From positions 55,304,001 to 55,368,000 of the forward strand of contig NC_134473.1 in NCBI RefSeq assembly GCF_964194025.1: a stretch of 64,000 nucleotides of DNA, read 5' to 3'. Of this stretch, positions 45,201 through 57,200 are shown piece after piece. Numbering within the stretch: position 1 is the first letter of the stretch; each line of letters begins with the position of its first letter. This DNA is from Convolutriloba macropyga. Lineage: Eukaryota. Made by a program: the position numbers and the translations under genes. The notes beneath the pieces were generated by a model, which worked only from the letters and a program-made list of their open reading frames with translations, had not been told where the DNA came from and made no database searches.

Positions 45201-48200
45201 CTTCTCTCATTCTGCTAAAAGTGAATTTGAACATCAGTTGCTCAGCAAAGCAATTTGAAATGAACAGAGTCAGAATAAAAAATTGAAGTCAGAAATAGAA
45301 ACGGGATAAACCCATAAAACCCAATTTTAGGTGCCCGCTATTTGAACGTCGTTCCTATAAGACTTACTTACCATCTCTTATGCTTATTGGTATTGATAGT
45401 AGCCCCTGTAGCCTCTCTCTAAGAAACAGAAGTATATTCAACTACGAAATGCCATCAAAATAAATCGGACATAAAAAATGTTTTTGTACAAAAATCTTTT
45501 TTTTTTTCGATATCTTTATTCTTTCAATCCCAATCATGCTTATTAGAATCAGCGGCGGCTATTTTCCGGCAATCTGCCGGGTATGTTCTGTTTTATAATA
45601 GAATCGCGTATGTGTTCAACTCATCTGACGTTTTGTACTTTTACGACACTTTTTAACTGGAAGACAGCGACAGAGTTCCAGGTTTTGCGTTAGTTTACAA
45701 AGAATTTCGAGGGAAAAAATGATTTAGCTCCTAATATATTTTTATTATTTGAATTGCTAAATCTAAAATAGCGAAGTTTCCCCAACTTTCTATTAAATCA
45801 AACTACTTGTGGTTGAAATTTACCTTGAGAGGCTGTTCTAAGTCAAAAATGTTAGGAAAGTTAATTTAATGTTAAGTTGAAAAAGATATTGTTCGCGTTC
45901 AATCAATCAATTTTTCTTTGTATTCAAATCTCAGGATTCGATTCTAATTTTAAGTTTGTATCTGTAGAGTTGAATGGAATTGAGGTTTTTAAGAACTTTA
46001 TCAGAAACTTGAAAAAAAAGGTTTTCTTACCTTTCTACAAAATAAATTGTTGTCATTGATGAATATTATACTATTAGCGTTTACTGGAACTTTAAATCAA
46101 CTGGAGACAATTAGGAGGTTTAAAATTTAATATAACTAATTATCTGTGAAATTAAATAAATTAAAGAAAAATTAAGACATACTTAAAGAAAGAAAAACTT
46201 CGTTTGCTTGTTCTAAAGAAATTCTTTTCCGATCATCCAAGTATACCGTAATTGGTATATTTTGTCAAATTTAGTTCTGATCCAATCTGAAATTGGCTGT
46301 CAATATTTATGTTGATCAACATAATTATTTCGTTTTCGTTCCATTTTTTACAGCTTTTGTCGAGTCATACAGGTGAAAATAAGCTATATCAGAAATCTAT
46401 TAAAGGTGTTTACAACGACAAGTGAGTTGAAAAAATAACTACTACGAAGAAAGAAGGAATCTATAAAAAGTAAAAAAAAGAAATTGTAGTTCATTTCATT
46501 TTCTGTTTTGAATTATTCGGTTTCAGATTTTTTTCATTAAACAATTATATTTTATCCAATACAAATATTAAGAAGCTAAAACAGTCCACCATCAATCAAC
46601 CCCCCAATACACTAGAATTTTTCCAAGTTTCCTTTTCCTTTTCAACTTTGTCTTTCGTTTTGTTCCCCTTATTCGCCCTCCAATAAAATTGGTAATTTTA
46701 GAATAACAATCAAAATGAGCCTCTAAGGGGTACAAAATAATGTTTCTCTTTTTCTCTAGCGTAAACAAAAAAGTATAAAAGTTGACTCGAAAGTTGACTT
46801 GAAGTAAAAGGTGAAAAGCCTCGAATATATAATCCCCCCCCCAAAAAAAATGGAACAATGAGCTAAGATGCGAAGCTCCGATGAAAAATAACAGGTAACC
46901 GAAATTGATCAAATCGACTCCTCTGCTTTTTTCGGCCTCTATCTCGGTACGAAATCGATTTTCTTGCTGTTTTATCGATGGTTTATGAGCTTCTTTTCCT
47001 CATACAAGTGTTAACATTTGCTGTTGAATGATTTATTAGACCACTGAATCGAGCGACTGTGGCTTTTCTTTGAATTTTAATTTAAGATCTGTTTCTCCGT
47101 TTTATAGCTTGACTCAGCAATCATTTATTACTGAATTCAGCCACCAAATCAACGTTTCAAAGCTGAATGATGACGTTTAATGTATGTTCAAAACATTACA
47201 TGTTCAAATCACGTTAAGGATCAAGTTTATTTACAAGTCTGCCGTAGTAACATTATTACAATTATAACTAGTGCAGAAATGTTTGATCCACCTGTTGTAG
47301 TGACGAAGCTTACTTCATGGAATGCAAAATTATATTTGATGCTGTGATTTTAGAAACAGAAACACTTGGATTTCCAGAAGATAGAAAAAGATGCTGCTCG
47401 TAAAAATCTAGAGGAAAAATTAGCCGAAGAGCGGAAAAAGCGCGAAGAGCAGAAGGAGGAGGAACGAAAGAAGAAAGAGGTGGAAAAACAGCAAAAAGAG
47501 CAGGAACGACTTCAAAAAGAGCAAGAGCGAATGCAGAAAGAACGCGAAAAACAACAAAAGGAGAAAGAAAAGCAGGCTAAAGAGCAAGAGCGCCTACAAA
47601 AACTGAAAGACATTGAAAAGCAGCGTGTTGAAAAAGAGGAAGCCAAAAAAATGGCAGAAGACGAGAAAAAGAAAGCTGAAGAGAAAGAGAATTTGAAGCG
47701 CCAAAAGCAGAAACAGTTTTTCGGAAGTTTCTTCAAAACTCCTTCTGGAAGTAGCTTGGTTTCCACCGCATCTAGACGGAGTTCTCAGGGCGAAGGGTTG
47801 GGTGCAGCTCCGGGTGCTCCAGGGGAGGGTTCTAATAATGATGCGGATATTCTAGAGGTCCTGCCCAATGGCCAGGTCAAGCCAATCACTGATGAGGTGA
47901 GTGATGATTAATCAGGTGATGTAAAATAGAGAATGGTGCGAAATGAGGCTAATTAGTTGGATAATTGAGAAATCCAGAATTCTTTGGTTGAGTTTTTTAA
48001 CTGTTGACCAAATGTCCTTGCGGACGATGAGATCCCATTCCAAAATTGCTCCTAGTAAAGTCTACTACATCGATATTCACAGCACCATGTTATAGAATTT
48101 GGACTGCTTTTAAGAATTTAAAATTAAGATATGTCTGATGTGTTCAATGGAATGTTAACTCTTCATTAAATTTTGGGGTCAAAAAATAAACACCCACGGT

Positions 48201-51200
48201 AAAAACCACCTAATTTTTGATAGGAACCCCTCCCCCCGAAACAAACCACCGTTTTAAATTCGAATTTTGGTCGTGATTATTTGTTCGGTTGTGATAGTTT
48301 CATATTGAGTACCGCGGGCTGGTAAGGCATGACCATTGCCCGCCAGACATGGCCAAATGCGCATCTCTTTAATAGTCAATGTGGTTTATTTCCTACCTAA
48401 AATTAAAGGGGGGATTTCCATGTGGTTTTTTCCGCATCCAAAATTTTCAAACCAAAAATGATGCGTGGTTCGGTGAACATGTTAACGAAAACAGGAATAA
48501 TCTGTGAAGAAATGCCTGCAGATATAGTGTGGACGTTAACAGTAAAAATAAAATCATTGAGAAAGTTTCGAAAATTTAAAAGCTTCAATCTAGAAAGATT
48601 ATTGATTAGACCATTTTCGTCTTTTTACAAGCAGTTATTTTGACCGATTGTTTTGTTTAACCGAATTTGTAGTTGATTTCAATCGCGGTAGTCGTTTGAA
48701 GAGTTCATTGCTACAACTTCTGTTGTCCCTATTGAAAAACGAAGGCTTTCAATGGTTTATCCAATTCATGCTTGCTGTCGATACAAATGTTTGCATTACT
48801 TAATGTTTGCATAAAATTAATATTTTTTATCAATGATTAATAGCCGCCTCAGCTTCTCAGCCGGCTATCATAGCGCTCCTATTTTTTTTTTACAATTCAA
48901 AGAATTTGAATTGCATTGGGGCGCTGTCTTTTTACGACTCGAAAAATTCATTTTTTTTAAATCAATTTTCTGGGATTGATTTTTAAAGCGGGAAATGGAA
49001 CGCGTGAAAAAATTTGGAGTGATTATGGTGCTGAAAAGAAGTGAAGAGCGGAGCGAAAAGAGAGTGGTTTTTGTTCATACCGCTGTTTTTGAGAGATCGA
49101 GAAATTGATGTGAAAAAATTTTCTCTAAGCGAGCGAAATTTTTTGTTCACATGTGGCTTTTAAAAGCAGTTTTTTTTGGTTTTTGATAGTTTTTGATGGT
49201 TATGAGGTTTGATTATAATATTGTATCAGTTTTAGGCTTGTTTGATAGGAATTGAAGGTTTCAAGTAGTTAAATTGAGTTTAATGCTAATTTGGAGGTTT
49301 TAGATCAGTTTTGCTGATTTTTAGACAAAATTTAATGATTTTTTGCCTGTTTTTTGTTTTACCGCTTTAAGTTGGATTTGAATAGAAGCTTGTTACTTAA
49401 GGAATGTTTAGATACCAATTGAATTGAATTTTGTTGATTAATTGCTCTCAAAGAAAGTTTGCAGCAATTATATTAGTCCTGTCGGTCTTTTTTATTCGAT
49501 TTTTCGCTTGACCGATTTTTGACTTTTCGTCCTCAAAAACGGGATAAACAGGTAGCCCCCAGCGGGCATTAAGTGCTCTTAGAGCCTTTCAGCTGTTTCA
49601 GCTCAAACCGTTTTGGAGACTTATATTTATGGTGTGAAGGGTGGAAGAGAGGTTGATGACACCACCACTGTTGACCCCCCCCCCCAACTATTGCCCGCCA
49701 CCGCGCTTTTACCCCCTCCCACTCCACTGTTGCTCACCCCCTCCCTCTCCATCAGCCCCCGTTGCACCCCCCTCCCCACCGTGGCTACTTTCGAACAACC
49801 GATCTCTAAAAACACGTAATTTTATAATAATTTTCACAAGTTTTTTCAAGCTTTTTGAAATTTTTGTCATTCTTTGAGTTCTTGCAGCGCTAGTTGTGAA
49901 GGAACCTCCTCTAGTCTTTTATAATAGGTTACTTCGTAGTTTCTTGTGGTAGTGGAATGGTTTCAAAATTTTAACATCACGAATTTTAGCATATTTTGGA
50001 CAAAACGTGCAAGTTTTTGGACATTGTTTGTTATCCAAGATTTTACGGACCCAGGGGCCAGAAAACTTCCTTAAGGGTTTAATAATAAGTCACTTAAAAA
50101 TTTTTGTTGGCCATGGAATAAATGCAATTTTTTAAAATCACAAATTTTTGCAATTTTCAGCCGAGGAACCTCCTCTAGGGTTTAACAATAGGTTACTCTA
50201 TAATTTCTAAATGTAATGGAATGTTTCTCAAGATTTCAACAGCAGGAGTTTTGGCATTTTTTTACAAAGCTTGACATTTATTGTCATTATTCAGGTTTTT
50301 CAGCTTAACAGAAAATCTCCGATAGGGTTTGATAATAAGTTACTGAAAAATGTTTTTTGGCCACGGATTAGTTTTCAACTTCTATAATCACAAAATTTAG
50401 CAGTTTTTATGTAACTTGCAATTTATGTTATGTTTTTTGTCATGTTTTCGTCTTTTTCCAGTCTCAAGAGCCAGATAACGTCTTCTAGTGTTTGATTATA
50501 GGTTACTGCATAGCTTCTAGATATAATGGTATGTTTTCAGGATTTTAATATCAGCAATTTTTGTAAAATAGTTGCAATTTTCAAGTTTTTTAATCTTTTT
50601 GAATTAATCATTTTTTCTGGCACCAGGGTCCTAGGGACCTACTCCAAGGTTTGATGATAAGCTGTCGGAAAGTTTCTGTTGCAGATTTAATGGAATGGTT
50701 ATCAATGTTTTAATGACTCCAGCTTTAGCACCTTTTTTTAGGGTTAGTGGATAATCTTTTGAGGCAATGAAATGGTTTTTAATATCTTGAGTTTTAGCAG
50801 GATTTTGTTGAATTTTGCGATTGTTTTCAAAATATTTGAATCTTTTTGTCCTTTTCTTAGTTTAACGATCATTCCTGGCCAACGAAGCTTTTCAAGTCTT
50901 GCAAATGGGTTACTTGACATAAATCCAGAGAGGTAAAATAGTTTTGAACATTTTCACTGCGAAATCCGGTAGTTTTTTTTTAAATTTTGCATTATTTTGC
51001 AAATTTTTAAAATATCAGCTTTTACTTGATTATTTTTAACTGACAAGGCTAGAAAGGTAAAAGTTGAAGAGTCGAATCAACCTAAAGCTAGCCTCACTAA
51101 ACCGTGGCTAGCTACTGACGAAGCCAACCGCTCGCCGGTTGTTTGAGAACAATTCGCCCGACATTAGTCGTTTATGTTATAAAACATTTTCTCAAGGAAA

Positions 51201-54200
51201 AGTGAATGAAAAATTGAAAATTTCAAACATTTTTCTGATTTGTTTGCAGTTTTTCTACGTTTTTTTAATCTTAGACATCTCTCTTAGCCTATTATGACTT
51301 GCCCATTGTTTTGCGAGTTTTTGAGTGCTCCAATTGCAAATGAGATTTATTCGGTTTTATGTTTCCTTGTACTATTTAAAAAACTCATTAAGTTTGTCTA
51401 GTTTTTGTTCAATTTGCTTTCTAATGCCGTTTCTATTCTTATTTAATTTTTTAATGGAATTTGTGGAGATTTAGGGTTATAATTAGTATTTCTAGTTATT
51501 AAGTCATGAGAATCGGCAATTTTATCTACGATTCGTTTCCGTAATTCTCCCGGCTATGTTTTCTTTTAAGATCTGTTCACACATTTTCATGATTTTTGAA
51601 GTCACATTAAGTGTAGTGATTTTGGTCATGTCGAAACAGGAAATGCATTGAAAAAGCGAGTGCTTTTTTGCTGTGAAATTTTTTTGCTCTACTTCTAAAG
51701 TAGAATGAGAAAACGGTGTTTGAACAAAAACTCGCTTTCTCGCTAGTGGTTTTTGTTCAAATGCGGCAATTTCACTTGAAATCAAGTTGGAGAAGTAATT
51801 TTGGTCACGCCGAAACAGGAATTGGAGCAAAAAAAGCGAGTGATTTTGTGGCGTGAAATCGTTTCGCTCTAATTTTAAAGTAGAGTGAGAAAACGGCGTT
51901 TGAGCAAGATTTCGCTTTCTCGCTAGTGGTTTTTTTGTTCACATGCGGCATTTTCACTTCGATTTTGACTGTTTTTTCGATTTTTTGCATCTAGTTTTTT
52001 TCTAACTGGTTTTCCCAATCTATTCATAGTTCATTCTGGGCCTAGTTTTTTGTTTCAACCGAATTTTCATTTCTTGGTCGTGGTTTTTTTTTGTTCACAT
52101 GTGGCATTTTGACATTAATTTTCCTTTTTTTTTAAATTTGTTTCTGATTTTTTAGAAATGGTTTCACCTATTCACTCATCGTCCATTTTAGGTTTAGTCA
52201 ATGAAAATTCTTTGAATTGTACGTCAGGACTTGTCCTGCTATGGTTTTTTACTTCGTCGAATAAAAATTTTTCGCTTTACCTCATTTTGCCGCCTTTTCG
52301 ACATCTTGCGTGAAATCTTTTTGACCTCTCTAGGATATTTGCACTCTTCTCTCATTCTGCTAAAATTGTTTTTAGACAGCAGCTGCTCGGCAAAGCAATT
52401 CAAATTGAACACAGTCAGTATAAAAAAAACGAAATCAGAAATAGAAACTGGATAAAGACCAGTTTTAGATGCTCGTTACTCGATCTGTGTTCTCAGTTAC
52501 CATCTCTAATGCTTATTGGTATTGATACTAGCTCCTGTATTGTCTCACTATGACAGAGGAGTATGTTCCACTGCAAAATGACATCAAAATATTTCGCACT
52601 TCAAAATTGTTTGTACAAAAATCATTTTTTCCACAAGTTGTTTTCTCTTCTTTCAATCCCAATCTTGGTTATGGGAATCAACGGCGGCTATTTTCCGGCA
52701 ATCTGCAGGGTATGTTTGCCTTATTCTTTAATTGGTTTTTGTTGCTTTAGGAAGTTATAACTCTGGACCATGATGTAAGTCTTGCCGACTGATAGTGCAA
52801 TTGACTGTTGGTTCTTCTGTTTAATCGAATATTCAGTTCCAATGAAAACCTTGAAACTGCCAACTGACGGCCGTTTATAATTTAATGCGTAAATTCATGT
52901 TTTTCAGAATAAGCCTTCCCGGAAGTACATTGGACCCTTCGTGGCCTTTGAGCCGCTACCTGGAATGAAGATGATGCCTCATAGACGAAGACCTCAGCTC
53001 AATATTGAAGAATTTGACGCTGCATTTGCTAAACAGGTATAAATTATCAGTTTTATTAACGGATTTTTGGTTTTAATGATTGTCATCGTGGGTTTAATTA
53101 CCCAAAGAGGGTCGTTTTCTATTCCATCATTTTGAGGCCAATGATATTTGAGTAAATCAATTTTAAATGACCCTCAAACAACGTTTCTAGCAATTTTTGG
53201 CTCATTTTGGTCTTTTTTATGAAATTAACTGCCTTAATTGTTTGCTTCGGAAGAAACGGTATAAAATGGTAAAGCCCCAGGGCAGTCAGACTGGTTAAAA
53301 CTTCGCAAGTCTCTAAAGTTATTCGTCTAGCACTTTTTACTTCCAATTAGAACTGCAGTTGTGCCGGAACAGTATCTTGAAAAGTTTCTTACCTAGGTAA
53401 ACGTAATGAATGCCCTCTAACGAACTTTTACATTTTTTCAAGCAACACACCTCGAGAGTTTTGTTCAGGCCGTCATATCGCTCTGTTACTGCTCTTTGCT
53501 GCTTTTATAGGCGTCATATGAACTAATGGCAAGTGTTTTTATACGAGTTGACTAATTTTTATATTTGCGTAGCTTTAATTTGAGCGTAGATATATTGCTT
53601 TATTCGCGGTGTTTACGACTCGGAAAGGAGTATTGGTATTCTACAGGTTTTTTAGGATTCGAAGAGGTGTATCATGATCCTACAGGTTTTTAGCTGACGC
53701 AAGTTTGTTCGTGATTTGAACTTTTGACTTTTGTTTTCAAAATTTGACTTCTGTTTTAGAACGTTGACTTCTGCTTTCGAACATTAGAATTTAACAGTAG
53801 CTTAGTTGTAATCTATAGTAATTTGAACTGCTGTCAATATTCAACAATAGCTTAGGTTCTAATACAAGTAGTAGCTTGCCACCAACGCCCTCCCCCAACT
53901 AACCACCAACTAATCCCGTTCTCACCCCCACCCCGCCTACCCTCCTCACCAACCCCCTACCGCTCACCTCACAAAAAATTACCCCTTACCTGCCGCGCCT
54001 ACGCAGACTCCTAAACTAAAAGCAGTTTCCCCTTTTTTAAAGGCATGTCTACAGTTTCATTGGGCTATTAATCTCGTCTTTTCTTTGGGGTTTCTTTTTT
54101 AGGAAAGGTTAGGTTAGTTATTATATTGCACGACTCTTCGAGTTGTTTCCGTTATTCTACTGGCAATTTTTTTATAGCTGACGCAAGTTTGTTTATGGCT

Positions 54201-57200
54201 TGTACTTTTGACTTAGGACATTGACTCCTTTTTCAGACCGTTGAATTGTGTTTTCGAACAAGGGACTTTAACAGTGGCTTTGTTACTAATATGTGGAGAT
54301 TAGGTACTGCTGGTAGTGCTCAAGGTTGAAAGGTCCTTTTGAGAAATATTCTTCCAATAATAGTACCTCCTCGCTATCCCAGTTACAGAACCCGCTAACT
54401 CTTTACACACCCACCTATCCGCCCTCCCTACCTATCCCTCCCCACCTAATTACCCCCTACCTACCCCTCCCCAACCTGCATACCCCCACTTACCTACCCC
54501 TCGCCCCATCACTAAGCGAGCATTAAAGGGAGAGTAGTCAACCCACTCTAGGTACCCCTCAATCGTCATCAATTTAAGGGGGCGAGGCAAAGTACCGCTT
54601 ACTATTTCAAGGCGTTCACATCCTTACTGCCTGAAGGTAATCAATCACCGTGAGGCACCATCTCTTTGTAAAATCAGTATAAAGGCCCTACCTCCTTTAG
54701 GGTTAGTGTAAGAGCCAATCCTCTTATGAGGTAACTGGTGTAGGATAGAATCCTCTGGTTTTCCCCAGGCCATCATCTATTTTAAGGATTGTCGGTGGCA
54801 CCCAGAACACCGACAATCCTCTTAGCACAGAACATTAGGTACCATAGTAAATCTTCCTACGTACCCCTCACCCAACTATTTACCCCCTACTTACCTACCC
54901 CTCCCTCACCTGCATATCCCCGCACCTACATACCACTCGCCCCACCAAAACCTACCTACCCTCCACCGTACCCCCGTACATAAACTACCTCACCGAGCTA
55001 CTCCCCCTCGTACTCCTCCACCTACCTACCCCCGCCCCCAGCTAACTACCCTCCCCTATATCCCTAACCCACTCACCAGGCTGCCCTCCTCCTTCACTTT
55101 AGTTTTCTTAAGTTGACTTGTTTTTGAACATTGGACTTTATCAGTAGCTTTGCTGTATTGTATAGTAATTAGCTGCTGGTAATATTCAAGGTGAAATTGC
55201 TATTTTAAGAATTTGAAAATTTTCGAGCACGTAAAAGTCGCTAATACCTATCCCACGCCCCCTGACCCCCGTGCGAACTACCTACCCCCACCAACCCCTA
55301 CACCTTGCCTTACCTCCTCACACCTACCCCAGCCCCCCAGTTATCTTAACATTAGCAACCCCCAGCAATCTAATCCTTTCTCATACCAACCCCGCGTCCT
55401 CCAACTAGCCACCCCCCCCCCCCCGGAGAATAACTTTTTTCTTAATACATTTTGCGCTTTGTTTTTCTATTTTTTGATGGTTTTAAAATCGGTAAGATCT
55501 TTTCTTGTAAATATTCTTGCACCATTCTTCGTGTTGTTTCCGGTATTCTAACGGCTATGTTTTCGTTTCTTTTTCGTTTACATTTGTTCACACTGCAATG
55601 CAAAAGTCAACTTTTCTGAATTGCCTTTTCCTCTCACTACCGGAGTTTGCGCGCGTGGCGTCATTTTTCTCTCTCTCTAGCAAAAAATTAAGTCTGGGAT
55701 GATCAAAATCTGATCACGCAAATGATATAAGTTTTGTCATTTTCGTTATCAGATTTTGATCATGCCAGACTTAAAAAAATCACTTTACGCTCAAAAAACC
55801 AAGTTTAATTTGAATTAGTTTAAGGTCAAAGAAACCCCTCCCTACGTACCCCTCACCCACCTATGCACCCCACAATCGTCATCAATTTGACGGGACAAGA
55901 GAAAATTCGACCTTACTATTTCAAGGCATTCACATCCTTACTGCCTGAAGGTAATCATTCACCGAGAGGCACCTCTTTATGGGTAGTTTGCGACTTTCTG
56001 GCAATCAGCATTTTGTGTTTGTTTTGAAATTGTTTCCATAAGATTTACTAGATATTTGAATAACTGAAACAAAGAACAAACTGAATACTTGATTCCTGAA
56101 TTAAAATCGGAAACAGATGACAAAAATCTTGGCTGAATAACAAGTTCCTAACGATTTTTTAACTTTTGCTGGAGTGAAAATTAAATAAAGGTTGACATTT
56201 TCAGAGCGCATCAAAATTTCGACTTAATCGGTGCGCAAAATATAAGTTTATTTTCTTTTATTTTTGATCAAATTATGCTATGTTTCATCCAATCACTTCA
56301 CTTTCAATATGCTTTTTCCCTAAATTTAGCTTGCTTGGAATGAGCTTGAAATGTTTGCGGTTTCGGAATGGTTTTTGCAAGTGTTGTGACCTGCATAATA
56401 AATTAATCAAACATTCTTCACCTGGGCCCAACGTCGCCGTTTTGTTGCACCGATGTCACTCGAATTTGTCCTTCTTATGAGATGAATGCAGGTTTATAAC
56501 GGTTTTTTTAACGCGGTCCATTTTGCGTCGTATGTTTAGCTAAATTGGCATTCAGATCGGATATTTCTGCCATTATTATTTTTATTGCTACGGCTGATGA
56601 CGATTCCCAGATGAACACAATCTTGACAGTCTGGTTCTCGCGTTTTACGCCAGCCTGGTTATTTATTCTCATACAATTGACTAGTCGAAATTATTTGTCA
56701 CTCGGCCATTTAAAAGGATTTTTTTTGTTGAAGTTAAAACTATTCTGAGTGATGAACTATCTTAACTCTCGTAATGAACTTGTAAATCGTCATTCAGTTG
56801 ATAGTAGAGTTGCTAACTTCTTGTATGATAGTTCAAATAACTTAGAAATTTTGCCAATTTTGAGATCTAGCAAAACTTAACACAAAGGAATAAAATTGAT
56901 TAAGAATCAAGCTATAGCCAAATCGAGAGGCAGCTGCTCTTTGTAACAGTTTCAAATAGTTTTCAATATAGCGCTTGTGTTTTATTCAAACCATTTTATT
57001 GAACTCAAAAAAATTTATGATAGGAGCTATAAATAATGTTTACTCATCACTGATTGATGGATTAAAGTCAGTATTTATATTGTAAGTATTAACTAACTGA
57101 GCTAAATACTTGAGTGCATAAGTCAATGATGATACCTGCGAGCCGTTAGGTCTTATGTCATTCTACCATTTATAATAATATAAGAGATCCAACAAAATAA

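Noticed and set aside
40776-47766. Minus-strand Phe/Ser/Leu-rich ORFs (40776, 40826, 47512)
   Set aside because: Antisense of the K/E/R-rich coding exons.
49613-55551. Proline-rich ORFs (49613, 49641, 54326, 54789, 55213)
   Set aside because: Artefacts of C-rich low-complexity tracts in intronic repeats.
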